Source: Hemiscyllium ocellatum
Taxonomy: Eukaryota
Assembly: GCF_020745735.1 (NCBI RefSeq)
Contig: NC_083419.1
Location: forward strand, 71,006,096-71,070,095
Reading direction: 5' to 3'
Length of the DNA stretch: 64,000 bases
In this document: positions 10,204 to 22,649 of the stretch, in pieces
How positions within the stretch are numbered: the stretch's first letter is position 1
Layout of the letters: every line of letters begins with the position of its first letter
Translations under genes and position numbers: made by a program
Notes under the pieces: generated by a model
What the model was told of the DNA's origin: nothing
The model's input: the letters and a program-made list of their open reading frames with translations, nothing else
Database searches by the model: none

Positions 10204-13200
10204 AGAACATAGAACATAGAAAGATACAGCGCAGTACAGGCCCTTCGGCCCTCGATGTTGCGCCGACCGAATCCTACCTAACCTACACTAGCCCAATAAC
10301 TTCCAAATGCCTATCCAATGCCCGCTTAAATGACAATAAAGAAGGAGAGTTCACCACTGCTACTGGCAGGGCATTCCATGAACTCACAACCCGCTGTTGT
10401 AAAGAATCTACCCCTAACATCTGTCCTATACCTACCACCCCTTAATTTAAAGCTGTGTCCCCTAGTAACACCTGACTCCATTAGCGGTAAAAGGTTCTCA
10501 GTGTCGACCCTATCTAAACCCCTAATCATCTTATACACTCTATCAAATCTCCCCTAAACCTTCTCTTCTCCAATGAGAACAGCTCCAAGTGCCTCAGCCT
10601 TTCCTCATAAGATTTTCCTACCATTCCAGGCAACATCCTGGTAAACCTCCTCTGCACTCGTTCCAATGCCTCCACATCCTTCCTATGGTATGGCGACCAA
10701 AACTGCACACAATACTCCAGATGAGGCTGCACCAGAGTCTTATACAGTTGCAACATGACCTCAGGACTCCGGAACTCAATTCCTCTACCAATAAAGCCCA
10801 GTACACCATATGCCTTCCTCACAGCACTATTTACCTGGGTGGCAACTTTCAGAGATCTGTGTACATGGACACCAAGATCCCTCTGCTCATCCACACTACC
10901 AAGTAGCCTACCATTAGCCCAGTAATCCATCTTCTTGTTACTCCTACCAAAGTGAATGACTTCACACTTAGCTACATTGAATTCCATTTGCTACATTTCT
11001 GCCCAGCTCTGCAACTTATCTATATCCCGCTGTAACCTACCACTTCCTTCCTCACTATCCACAACTCCACCGACTTTTGTGTCATCCGCAAACTTGCTTA
11101 CCCAGCTTTCAAGCCCTTCCTCTAGATCATTTATAAAGATAACAAAAAGCAATGGTCCCAAAACAGATCCTTGTGGTACACCGCTAGTAACTGCACTCCA
11201 AGATGAACATAGTCCATCAACTACTACCCTCTGTCTCCTTCCAGCCAGCCAATTCCTAATCCAAACCTCTAATGTATCCTCAATGCCATACCTCCGTAGT
11301 TTTAGCATTAGCCTACCATGGGGAACCTTATCGAACGCCTTACTAAATCCATATACACAACATCTACTGCTTTACCCTCGTCCACTTCCTTAGTCACCTT
11401 CTCAAAGAACTCAATAAGGTTTGTGAGGCACGACCTGCCCTTCACAAAACCATGCTGGCTATCCTTGATCACGTTATTCCTATCCAGATGTTCATAAATC
11501 TTATCCCTTACCATTCTCTCTAAGACTTTGCCCACCACTGAAGTCAGACTCACTGGCCTATAGTTACTAGGGCTATCCCTACTCCCTTTCTTGAACAAGG
11601 GGACCACATTCGCTATCCTCCAGTCCTCTGGTACTATTCCCGTTGACAATGACGACATAAAAATCCAGGCCAATGTCTCTGCTATCTCCTCCCTAGCTTC
11701 CCATAGGATCCTAGGGTAAATGCCATCAGCCCAGGAGACTTATCTATTTTCATCCTCTCCAATATTCCCAGAACCTCTTCCCTGCATATTTCCAGGCCAT
11801 CCATTCTAATCATTTGTGACTCCATATTCACATCAGCAACAGTGTCCTGTTCCTGAGTGAATACTGATGAAAAGTATTGATTTAGTGTCTCTCCAATCTC
11901 CTCCGCCTCCACACACAACTTCCCACTACTATCCTTGACTTGACCGATACCTACCCTAGTCATCCTTTTATTCCTGACATACCTATAGAAAGCCTGTGGG
12001 TTTTCCCTAATCCTACCAGCTAAAGACTTTTCATGTCCCCTTCTCGCTTCTCTTAGCTCTCTCTTTAGATCCTTCCTGGCTACCTTATAACTCTCTATCG
12101 CCCCAACTGAACCTTCACGCCTCATCTTTACATATGCCGCCTTCTTCCCTTTCACAAGGGATTCCAATTCCTTATTAAACCACGGCTCCCTCACAAGGCC
12201 CTTTACACCATGCCTGACTGGTACATACTTATCGAGGACACGTAGTAGCTGCTCCTTGAACAATCCCCACATCTCATTAGTGTTCTTCTCTTGAAGCCTG
12301 TTTTTTCCAATCCACACATCCTAAGTCATGCCTCACTGCATCATAATTTCCCTGCCCCCAGCTATAACTCTTGCCCTGCGGCGCACACTTATCCCTCTCC
12401 ATCACTAAAGTAAAAGTCACCGAGTTGTGGTCACTGTCCCCGAAGTGCTCACCTTCGTCCAAGTCTAACACCTGGCCTGGTTCATTACCTAGAACCAAAT
12501 CCAGTATAGCCTCACCTCTTGTTGGCCTGTCTACATATTGTGTCAGGAAACCCTCCTGCACACATTGGACAAACACCGACCCATCTAATGAACTCGAGCG
12601 AAAGCTCTCCCAGTCAATATCTGGGAAGTTAAAGTCCCCCATAACAACCACCCTGCTACCTTCACTCTTTTCCTGAATCATCCTCGCAATATTATCCTCT
12701 ACTTCTCTAGGACTATTAGGAGGCCTGTAGAAAACACCTAACAGGGTGCCCTCACCTTTCCTATTTCTAACCTCAGCCCAAACTACCTCAGATGGCAAGT
12801 CCTCTTCCATCGTCCATTCCACTGCTGTAATACTATCTTTGACAAGTAATGCCACACCTCCCCCTTTTTTACCCCCATGTCTGATCCTACTAAAACATTT
12901 AAACCCTGGAACCTGCAACAGCCATTCTTGTCCCTGTTCTACCCACGTCTCTGTAATGGCCACAACATCGAAGTCCCAGGTACCAACCCACGCTGCAAGT
13001 TCACCTACCTTATTTCTTATACTTCTGGCATTGAAGTATACACACTTCAATCCACCCTTCTGTTTACAGGCACCCTCCTTCGAGATCGCTGCATTATTCA
13101 TAACCTCCCTACACTCAAGGTCCTGTACCCTAAAGCTACAGTCCAGGTTCCCATGCCCCGGCGGAGTTAGTTTAAACCCTCCCAAAGAGCACTAGCAAAC

Positions 13201-13814
13201 CTCCCCCCAAGGATACTGGTGCCCCTCAGGTTCAGGTGTAGACCATCCTTTTTATAGAGGTCCCACCTTCCCCAGAAAGAACCCCAGTTGTCCAGAAACT
13301 GGAATCCCTCCCTCCTGCACCATCCCTGTAGCCACGCATTTAACTGTTCTCTCTCCCTATTCCTCGACTCTCTATCACGTGGCACGGGTAACAAACCAGA
13401 GACTACAACTCTGTTTGTTCTAACTCTGAGCTTCCAACCCAGCTCCCTGAAAGCCTGTCTGATATCCTCACCCCTCTTCCTACCTATATCATTGGTGCCA
13501 ACGTGGACCACGATCTGGGCTGCTCCCCCTCCCCCTTAAGGACCCGGAAAACACGATCAGCGACATCACGTACCCTTGCACCTGGGAGGCAACATACCAA
13601 ACGTGAGTCACTGTCGCCCCCACAAAACCGTCTGTCTGTACCCCTCACTATCGAGTCCCCAAGAACTATCGCTCTACCTTTCTCCACCCTTCCCTTCTGA
13701 GCAACGGGGCCAAGCTCTGTGCCAGAGGCCTGAACCTCGTTGCTTGCCCCTGGTAAGTCATCCCCCCAACAAGTATCCAAAACGGTATACTTGTTCTTGA
13801 GGGGAATGACCGCA
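10204..13814 (-). mobile_element. Young, nearly full-length CR1 LINE (ORF1 SGNH esterase, ORF2 APE endonuclease and RT, (TTCTATG)n tail)
   Basis: ORF1 has GDSIVRG..CLPGARV..VHVGTNDIG..DGLHLN. ORF2 has YFNARS, ITETW, GDFNF, SDHN, NYRPVSL, SQHGF, YMDxx[13 protein letters not shown] and KFADD. Tail agaacatagaacatag at 10204. Broken by four 1-nt indels and one TAG. Confidence 0.97.
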
Positions 13815-13815
13815 A

Positions 13816-14123
13816 GGCACGGTAGCACAGTGGTTAGCACTGCTGCCTCACAGCACCTGAGACCCGGGTTCAATTCCCGACTCAGGCGACTGACTGTGTG
13901 GAATTTGCACGTTCTCCCCGTGTCTGCGTGGGTTTCCTCCGGGTGCTCCGGTTTCCTCCCACAGTCCAAAGATGTGCAGGTCAGGTGAATTGGCCTTGCT
14001 AAATTGTTCGTCGTGTTAGGTAAGGGGTAAATATAGGGGTATGGGTGGGTTGCGCTTCAGCGGGTCGGTGAGGACTTGTTGGGCCGAAGGGCCTGTTTCC
14101 ACACTGTAAGTAATCTAATCTAA
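13816..14123 (+). mobile_element. tRNA-derived HE1-type SINE, full length
   Basis: ggcacggtagcacagtggttagcactgc (A box), gggttcaattccc (B box), core tgtggaatttgcacgttctccccgtgtctgcgtggg and tail ggccgaagggcctgtttccacactgtaagtaatctaatctaa. Confidence 0.92.
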
Positions 14124-16935
14124 GGGAGGAGGTATGGGTGCAAGTTTTGCATTTCTTGCGGTTGCAGGAGAAGGTGCCGGGAGTGGAGGTTGGGTTAGTG
14201 GGGGGTGTGGATCTGACGAGGGAGTCACGGAGCGAGTGGTCTTTTTGGAATGCTGATAGTGGAGGGAAGGGAAGTATATCCCTGGTGGTGGGGTCCGTTT
14301 GGAGGTGGCGGAAATGACGGTGGATGATACGCCGTATATGGAGGTTGGGTGGGGTGGTAGGTGAGAACCAGTGGGGTTCTGTCCTGGTGGTGGCTGGAGG
14401 GACAGGGCTCAAGGGCGGAGGAGCGGGAAGTGGAGGAGATGCGGTGGAGGGCATCGTCAATCATGTCTGGGGGGAATCTGCGGTCCTTGAAGAAGGAGGC
14501 CATCTGGGCTATATGGTATTGGAACTGGTCCTCCTGGGAGCAGATGCGGCAGAGACGAAGGAATTGGGAAATTGGATGGCATTTTTACAGGGGGCAGGGT
14601 GGGAGGAGGTGCAGTCTAGGTAGCTATGGGAGTCAGTTGGTTTATAGTAGATGTCTGTGTTGATTTGGTCGCCTGAGATAGAAATAGAAAGGTCTAGGAA
14701 GGGGAGGGAGGAGTCTGATACAGTCCAGGTGAATTTGAGGGCGGGGTGGAAGGTGTTGGTAAAGTGGATGAACTGTTCAACCACCTCGTGGGAGCACGTG
14801 GCAGCGCCGATACAGTCATCGATGTAGCGGAGGAAAAGATGGGGGGTGGTGCCATGTAGTTGCGGAAGACGGATTGTTCCACATATCCTACGAAGAGATG
14901 CTGGAGCCCATGCGGGTGTCCATGGCAACTCCTTTGGTTTGGAGGAAGTGGGAGGATTGGAAAGAGAAGTTGTTCAGGGTGAGGACCAGTTCAGTCAGTC
15001 GAAGGAGGGTGTCAGTGGAAGGGTAGTGGTTGGTTCGGTGGAAAAGGAAGGAGCGGAGGGCTTTGAGTCCTTCGTGATGGGGGATGGAGGTGTACAGGGA
15101 CTGGATGTCCATGGTGAAGATAAGGCGTTGGGGACCGGGGAAGCGAAAATCATGGAGGAGGTGGAGGGCATGGGTGGTGTCCCGAACGTAGGTGGGAGTT
15201 CTTGGACTAAGGGGGACAGGACCGTGTCGAGGTATGCGGAGATGAGTTCGCTGGGGCAGGAGCAGGCTGAGTCAATGGGTTGGCGGAGACAGTCAGGTTT
15301 GTGGATTTTGGGTAGGAGGTAGAAACGGGCGGTGCGAGGTTGTGGGATTATGAGGTTGGAGGCGGTGGATGGGAGATCCCCTGAGGTGATGAGGTTATGG
15401 ATGGTCTGGGAGATGATGGTTTGGTGGTGGGAGATGGGGTCATGGTCAAGGGGGCAGTAGGAGGAGGTGTCCGCGAGCTGGCGTTTGGCCTCAGTGGTAT
15501 AAAGGTCAGTGCGCCAAACTACTACCGCGCCTCCCTTGTCTGCCGGTTTGATGGTGAGGTTGGGGTTGGAGCGGAGGGAGTGGAGGGCTGCACGTTCCGA
15601 AGGTGAGAGGTTGGAGTGGGTACAAGGGGTGGACAGGTTGAGTTGGTTAATGTCGTGGCGGCAGTTGGCTATAAAGAGATCGAGGCCAGCACGGGGTGTC
15701 TAGGTGGATGGGGTGGTGTTGGAGGTGGGAGAAGGGGTCGTCAGAGGGTGGGCGGGAGTCTTGGTTGAAAAAGTAGGCATGGAGGCGAAGGCGGCGGAAG
15801 AATTGTTCAATGTCTCACCGCGTTTTGAACTCATTAATCCAAGGGCGTAGGGGAATGAAGGTGAGGCCTCTGCTGAGGACTGATCTTTCATCTCAGAGAG
15901 GGGGAGGTCTGGAGGGATGGTGAAACACGGCAGGGCTGGGAGCTAGGACCTGCTGTGGGACTGGAGCTGGGAGTGGGGGCGGGGTTATGCACAGGGGCGG
16001 GGACGGAGATAGGCGAGGGGGTGGGGTTAGACGTGGTGACGGAGATCGGCATGGGGATGGGGTTAGACGTGGTGACAAAGGTCTGCGTGGGGGCGGAGAT
16101 ACATGAGGCGTTGTGGTCGTGCAGGTTAGTGATGTCACTGGGGGCGGAAGTGGCTGTGGCAACGGCAACCCAAGGGGCGGAAATGGCTGTGGCGACGAAA
16201 GAAACGCTGTTATTCCCGATAGCCGCGGGGGTCGCGAATCCGTCGGCGATGGTCTTCCTGGCGATCGTGGAGGCGGTTGTCTTTTCGGCGATCACGGAGG
16301 CTGCGAGGTCGGTGGGTGTGGAAGTGATGTCACGGTCGGGGGCGGCGGTTGGAACCGCGTGCGCTGTAGCGGCCACGTGGTTAATGGCGTCCGACTGATT
16401 ACGGAGGCCGATGGAAGATTCTGGAACAGTTGAGGAACACAGAGTGTAGGGGTAAGTACATGAAAGTTTTCGGTACTTACTGTCTTTAATTTCTGATATG
16501 GCTAGGAAGAACTGTTTGTTTAGTGTATGGATTCTTCTGTAGATGAAGAGCAGTAGAGGTCCTTTGCAAGTTGGTGAGAGTGTTGTCCTGAGCTGGGGTA
16601 GGGCTGATTGCAGGGAATGTAGGTAGCGACGCATGGCTGCAACGGTGGAGCGGAGGATCCGGAGGGAGGTCTGTTGCTGGAGGCTTCGGAATTGTTGCAG
16701 GTACAGGTTGGGTCCAAATTTTGTTGGTCGGAACGTAGTCCGGAGTCCGTGCGGGGTCAGTCAGTTCCGTAGGCAGGTGCTGAGGAAGGAGATGTGGCTG
16801 TGGTAACGAGTCTGTTTGAGAACGTGGCTGAAGAACTTCTGTGCAGAGGAGATGACCTGGTGGGGTGGGTGCAGTGAGAGAGAGAGACTCACTGAAATCC
16901 TTGTAGAGGGAGGAAGAGAGCTCCTTAAAGGAAAA
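14124..16935 (-). mobile_element. Penelope-like element B: ORF from N-terminal domain through a Pro/Thr/Ser/Ala-rich linker and the RT
   Basis: N-terminal FFSHVLKQTRYHSHISFLSTCLRN, linker ORF 15888-16634, and RT motifs MDIQSLYTSIPH, NNFSF, FLRYIDDC, PFLD and IYYKPTD. Frameshifted. Confidence 0.92.
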
Positions 16936-17822
16936 CCACCTCCAAACGGACCCCACCACCAGGGATATATTTCCCTCCCCTCCACTATCAGCGTTCCAAA
17001 AAGACCACTCCCTCCGTGACTCCCTCGTCAGATCCACACCCCCCACCAACCCAACCTCCACTCCCGGCACCTTCCCCTGCAACCGCAAGAAATGCAAAAC
17101 TTGCGCCCACACTTCCTCCCCTACTTCTCTCCAAGGCCCCAAGGGATCCTTCCATATCCACCACAAATTCACCTGCACCTCCACACACATCATCTACTGC
17201 ATCCGCTGCACCCGATGTGGCCTCCTCTATATTGGGGAGACAGGCCGCCTGCTTGCGGAACGTTTCAGAGAACACCTCTGGGACACCCGGACCAACCAAC
17301 CCAACCACCCCGTGGCTCAACACTTTAACTCCCCCTCCCACTCCACCAAGGACATGCAGGTCCTTGGACTCCTCCATCGCCAGACCATCACAACACGACG
17401 GTTGGAGGAAGAGTGCCTCACCTTCCGCCTGGGAACCCTCCAACCACAAGAGATGAACTTAAATTTCCCCAGTTTCCTCATTTCCCCTCCCCCGACCTTG
17501 TCTCAGTCGAATCCCTCGAACTCAGCACCGCCTTCCTAACCTGCAATCTTCTTCCTGACCTCTAGGCCCCCACCCCACTCCGGCCTATCACCCTCACCTT
17601 GACCTCCTTCCACCTATCGCATTTGCATCGCCCCTCCCCCAAGTCCCTCCTCCCTACCTTTTATCTTAGCCTGCTGGACACACTTTCCTCATTCCTGATG
17701 AAGGGCTTATGCCCGAAACGTCGAATTTCCTGTTCCTTGGATGCTGCCTGACCTGCTGTGCTTTTCCAGCAACACATTTTAAGCTCTGATCTCCAGCATC
17801 TGCAGTCCTCACTTTCTTCTAG
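16936..17822 (+). mobile_element. Inverted 3' segment of the same PLE family (GIY-YIG and pLTR), head-to-head with element B
   Basis: IYCIRCTRCGLLYIGETGRLLAERFREHL and HFNSPSHS..LTFRLGTLQPQ on the plus strand; terminal tail ctctgatctccagcatctgcagtcctcactttcttctag. Confidence 0.92.
17691..17726 (+). ncRNA. Intact minimal type I hammerhead ribozyme motif
   Basis: attc-CTGATGA-a-gggc(ttat)gccc-GAAA-CGTC^gaat. Stem I attc/gaat, stem II gggc/gccc, palindromic ACGT stem III, GUC cleavage triplet. Confidence 0.88.
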
Positions 17823-18649
17823 TTCAGGTGAAACCCATCCTTTTAAACAGGTCTTTTCTGTCCCAGAAGAGATCCCAGAGCTCCAAGAAAGTGACTCCCT
17901 GCACAGTGCAGCACCTCGTCAACCATTGTTTTATCTGCCCTGTCCTTTTATTCCTTCCCTCATTAGAACTTGGCACCAGAAGTAAACCAGAGATTCCGAC
18001 TTTTCATATTCTCTACCTAACCTATGGCATGCACTTTGTAAAGCTTTAACCTTTTCTCTAACTATGTCATTCCTATCAATATGTGCAATAATTTCCAGCT
18101 TCTCACTCTCTCCTTTGACAATCTACTTCAAACGTTTTGAGACATCCTTCACCCTGGCACCAGAAAAGCAACGTATTCTCCTCGATTCACACTCACTCCC
18201 GCAGAATCTCCTGCCTGTGCCCCTCACAGGAGAGTTCCCAAAAAATATGATTCTTTGAAATCCTAACAAATCCGTTTAACATAAAATTCATTGTTATTGC
18301 CCAAGATCTGATGACCACTTACCCAAATTGGAATATCTGTTTGAGAGAGGAATAACCACAGGAGACTTCGAAACCACCTTCGTACCCTCCCTGACGGACA
18401 GTTATCGATCTGAATGATCTCGCTGTGTAATCACTTTGCTAAATCTATTTGTCTTCACACTCAGTATCTCTTGCAGGCCGTCAGTAACATTCATCATACA
18501 ATGAAGGAGTTTTCATTAGCACGTTATATACTAAATTAAACGATCAGATTCATTATGAAGCATGCTAAAAATCCAACATATATATTAAAAAGAAATCAAA
18601 CACTTAACTGAACAAATGAAAAAAAAGACAACTCCACCTCAAGTAATCC

Positions 18650-18865
18650 AACATTCAGCTTTCACTGTCCGGATACAAAAACCTCTCCCGAGCTGTCCCT
18701 ATACAGGCTTCTCCACAAGCTCCATGTATAAACAATCTGTCCTTCCTCATGTACTTTTTTAACTTGATTATTTTTCTCAAATCTCACCCACCACTGACCG
18801 CAGGCTCACCAGTCTATAGTTCCCTGGCTTTTCCTTATCACCTGTTTTAAATAATGGCACCATGT
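18650..18865 (-). mobile_element. Short CR1 RT fragment
   Basis: Minus strand gives VPLFKTGDKEKPGNYRLVSL. Confidence 0.7.
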
Positions 18866-18879
18866 TAGGAAGGGACCTT

Positions 18880-20308
18880 TCCCCTTTCTCCTTCCATTCT
18901 CTTCCTCTCCATCTCCATTTTTGGTGATAGGGTCAACATGGGCATCTACTTCATACTGACTGACTCCCACAGTTACCTGGTCTACACCTCCTCCAACCCC
19001 CCCACTCCTATAAAAATGCCTTCCCTTATTCCCAATTCCTCTGCCTCCGCCTTCCTCTGCTCCCAGGAGGACCAATTCCACCATTGAAAATCCCAGATGG
19101 CCTCCTTCTTCAAGGACCGCAGATTCCCCTCCTACATGGTTGATGATATCCTCCAGTGCATCTCCTCCACTTCCTGCACCTCCGTCTTTGAAGCTCACCT
19201 CTCCAATCCCAACAAGGAGAGAACACCCCAGTCCTCACCTTCTACTCCAACACCCTTCAGATAAAACAAGTCATCCTCTGCCATTTCTGCCCCCTACAAA
19301 TAGACCCCACTACCAGGGATATATTTCCCTCCCCACCCTATCAGTGTTCTGCAGAGACCATTCCCTCCGCGAATCCCTTGTTAGGGCCACACCCCCCACC
19401 AAGCCACCCTCCACTCCTGGCACCTTCCCCTGCCATCGCAAGAGGTGCAAACTGTCCCTACACCATCCCCTCACTTCCATCCAAGGCCCCAAAGGATCCT
19501 TGCACATCTAGCAGAGATTTACCTGTGCTTCCACACACACCATCTGCTCTGTCCGTTTCTCTTGGTGTGGTCTCCTCTACATTGGGGACACAGGACACCT
19601 ATTTGAGAAACGTTGCAGAGAACATTGTTAGATTAGATTACTGACAGTGTGGAAACAGGCCCTTCAGCCTAACAAGTCCACACCGACCCTTCAAAGTGCA
19701 ACCCACCCAGACCCTGTTTCTTCAAAGACTCTGTCTTCAGTTTCCTTCTGGGACACAGTCACTAAACAGCCCCACCACTCTGTGGCAAAACACTTTAACT
19801 CTCCCTCCCATTCCACCAAGGACATTCAAGTCCTGGGCCTCCTCCACCGCCAAACTCTGACCACCTGATGCCTGGAGGAAGAACGCCTCATCATTCACCT
19901 TGGGACCCTCCAACCACACGGGTTCGATGTAGATTTCACCAGTTTCCTCATTTCCCTTCCCTCCACCTTATCTCAGATCCAACCATCCAACTCAGCACGG
20001 CCCTCTTGAACTGTCCTACCTGTCCATCTTCCTTCCCACCTGTCTGCTTCACCCTCCTTTCTGACCTATCATCATCACCCCCACCTCTATTTACCTATTA
20101 TATTCCCAGCTACCTTCCCCCCCAAGTCCCACCCCACCCCTCCCATTTATCTCTCAGCCCCCAAGGACCCCATCTCATTCCTGATGAAGATCTTATGCTT
20201 GAAGCATCGACTCTCCAACTCCTCGGATGCTGTCTGACTGGCTGTGTTTTTCCAGCACTATGATTTTCAACTCTGATCTCCAGCATCTGCAATCCTCACT
20301 TTCTCCAA
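18880..20308 (+). mobile_element. Degenerate Penelope-like element C (RT C-terminus, GIY-YIG, pLTR with decayed hammerhead at about 20176-20212), with a partial minus-strand SINE at about 19628-19720
   Basis: Homologous to 16936-17822; KHFNSPSHSTKDIQVLGLL; cattcctgatgaag...gaagcatcga; same terminal tail. Confidence 0.85.
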
Positions 20309-20386
20309 GAGCATGACTCTGTCCAGCAGCATGTCCAAATGCATACATCATCACCACCATCGACAAGTGGAAGGGGGAAGGAGAGG

Positions 20387-20777
20387 ACTGTCTCTCTGTC
20401 ACTGACCCAGGGGAGAGCAGACTGACCCCACTGTGTCTGTGTCACTGACCCAGGGAAGAGCAGACTGACCCCACTGTGTCTCTGTCACTGACCCAGGAGA
20501 GAGCAGACTGACCCCACTGTGTCTCTGTTACTGACCCAGGGGAGAGCAGACCGACCCCACTGTGTCTCTGTCACTGACCCAAGGAAGAGCAGACTGACCC
20601 CACTGTGTCTCTGTCACTGACCCAGGAGAGAGCAGACTGACCCCACTGTGTCCCTGTTACTGACCCAGGGAGAGCAGACTGACTACACAGTGTCTCTGTC
20701 ACTGACCCAGGAGAGAGCAGACTGACCCCACTGTGTCCCTGTTACTGAACCGGGGGAGAGCAGACTGACCCCACTGT
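20387..20777. repeat. 43-bp minisatellite, about 9 copies
   Basis: Unit ctgtgtctctgtcactgacccaggagagagcagactgacccca repeated head-to-tail with few substitutions and no spacers. Confidence 0.95.
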
Positions 20778-22649
20778 CATGTCCAGTGCACATGTAGGAG
20801 ACACGTCACGTGCACAAAGATTGCACAAAGATTTTGTTTTATGCGAAGTTCTCAGGGTCTGAGAGGAAGGGGCCATCACACCAACAGCTAGAGGACGTTT
20901 CCCTGTGTCTTCCCACTGAAACTGGGCTGGAACAGAATTTCTGTAAATTGGTCACTTGACTCCAGGTCCGTTTGCTGAAACAGAACCCTTTAAAACTGAG
21001 AGTAACTGGCAATGCGAGAGTTAATGATGACCGATGGCCATTGTGTAGAAGAGTATTGTTACCGTGCTCTGATCCTTCCGCTAAAATAAGTAGGGCATTG
21101 GCTTTCCTCGCGCCAGCAAAGCCAAGGCGAAACCTGATGTGCTGGTGTCACAGTGCACCACAGATTCCTAACGTAGTCTCTCTGTCAATTGTACGCCAAA
21201 GCAGCCTCTGAAGGGGCCTCATTTGGAAGATGTCAGCCACTTTTCAAAGTGTGCAAATCAGCATCCGAAAACCTGAATTGTGTTTTGGAGTAGTTACCAT
21301 GTCAGTGGCTCACTCCATCAGCAACAGCAATGGATGAATTTGCAGTCTGAGATGAAGCTCTGGACTTGTCCTATCATAGAGTCACTAATATTAACGTGTG
21401 CCCCCGAAATCTCAGTCATGTTGGAACTGAAACTGAGGAAATGACAGAAAGGCTACCGAACGACATTGTATCCATTTTGTTTTCTTGACATCACAGGGGA
21501 GCAGAAAAAGGCAAACAGGGTGGGGGGAAAATAACACAGTGAGGCACGTGTAGCTCTGCTGAAACTCCTTCTCGCTGATTCAGTCAACAGCGAGAGACGT
21601 GAAGGTGACTCAGGCAGGAGAGCTTTTCACATGGAGAACAAAGAGCAGTCACATACAGTTAGCACCTCTTTGACATCTCCTGGGGGTGGGGGTGGGGGCG
21701 CTGCCTTTTGAATTCTGTCATAATGTTCAGAAACTGTGTTTTGTGCATCTCTAATAAGCACCATGGAATTTAGTGAACTTTACTGAGTCGCTTCTCATCG
21801 ATTCCCACACAGGTTTCCAACTCAGCTGGCAGCCATGGGACTCATGTCCAGGTGTGGACAGCTCTGCAGCAAATTGCACGGTTAAGGTACAAGAGAAGGA
21901 AACTGGCAACTCGTACCGGCTCTGGGGTTCGGACAGACTCACAATGTGATCTGTCCTTCTCGAATTCGAATGGTAACTCAGCTTTTCAGGTGGAGAACAT
22001 TCTTTGGGACTCTTTTACTGCAAAACAGTCGCGGTAAGTGTAACTACGCTACACAGGATAATCCGACACACGGTCTGCTCAGCTTTGTACATTTTTCCTG
22101 TAGTCCGATGTTTTCTCATGTTACGTGTAATTGCGAAAGTTGTTCTGTTTCGAGCAATGGGCAAAATCATTTACCAAAAGAAGAATCTAAATTCCAGTAC
22201 TGTCGTACAGCTCACCGTTTCTTTATCGAATCGTAACCGAATGTACTTTCTCACAGACACATTACATTTGTCACTCAAACACGTCTCAGAAGGTAGAATC
22301 AGCTTCCCATTGATTTTTGTTTGGATTGTAGGGCTATCATGATCTGTTGTAAAATTGATATTGTAGCTCGGCATATCCCAACAGCAATGCGAGCAGGGCA
22401 GGGATCGTGGAACCATTTCCCTGGGACTTTGCTTCGATTGCTTGGAAGAGCACCATTGACAATGTATGAAAATGCATGACTGCTGCGTCTGGGCTATGGT
22501 CGAATGGTGTAAGCCGCTGGGTTTAGAGGCCAATGAAGCTGGTCAACAACCAGCTCTCCTGAACAGGAAGGTGAAGCGTGAAACGGCTGCAAATTCCAAT
22601 GCTGAACAACTCTGAGCAGCAGCAGCCGAAAGAACCGGCAGCCTGGCGG

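Noticed and set aside
10204-14123. Shared 3' motif (ggccgaagggcctgt) between the SINE and CR1 as a novelty
   Set aside because: This is the established HE1 SINE / HER1 LINE tail-sharing relationship in sharks.
8567-17456. Numerous long overlapping Gly/Val- or Pro/Thr-rich ORFs (e.g. 9060-9428+, 9077-9673+, 9559-10038+, 14846-15322+, 15955-16398+)
   Set aside because: Antisense or alternative-frame shadows of C-rich PLE and CR1 coding sequence.
20387-20777. CRISPR-like array
   Set aside because: Head-to-tail repeats without unique spacers, in a vertebrate context with no cas genes.
21535-21575. Isolated CACAGTG as an orphan RSS
   Set aside because: No nonamer at 12 or 23 nt and no adjacent V or D coding segment.
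22004-22533. ORFs 22004-22342+ and 22171-22533- as genes
   Set aside because: No recognisable domain, splice structure or homology; kept only as an unexplained segment.
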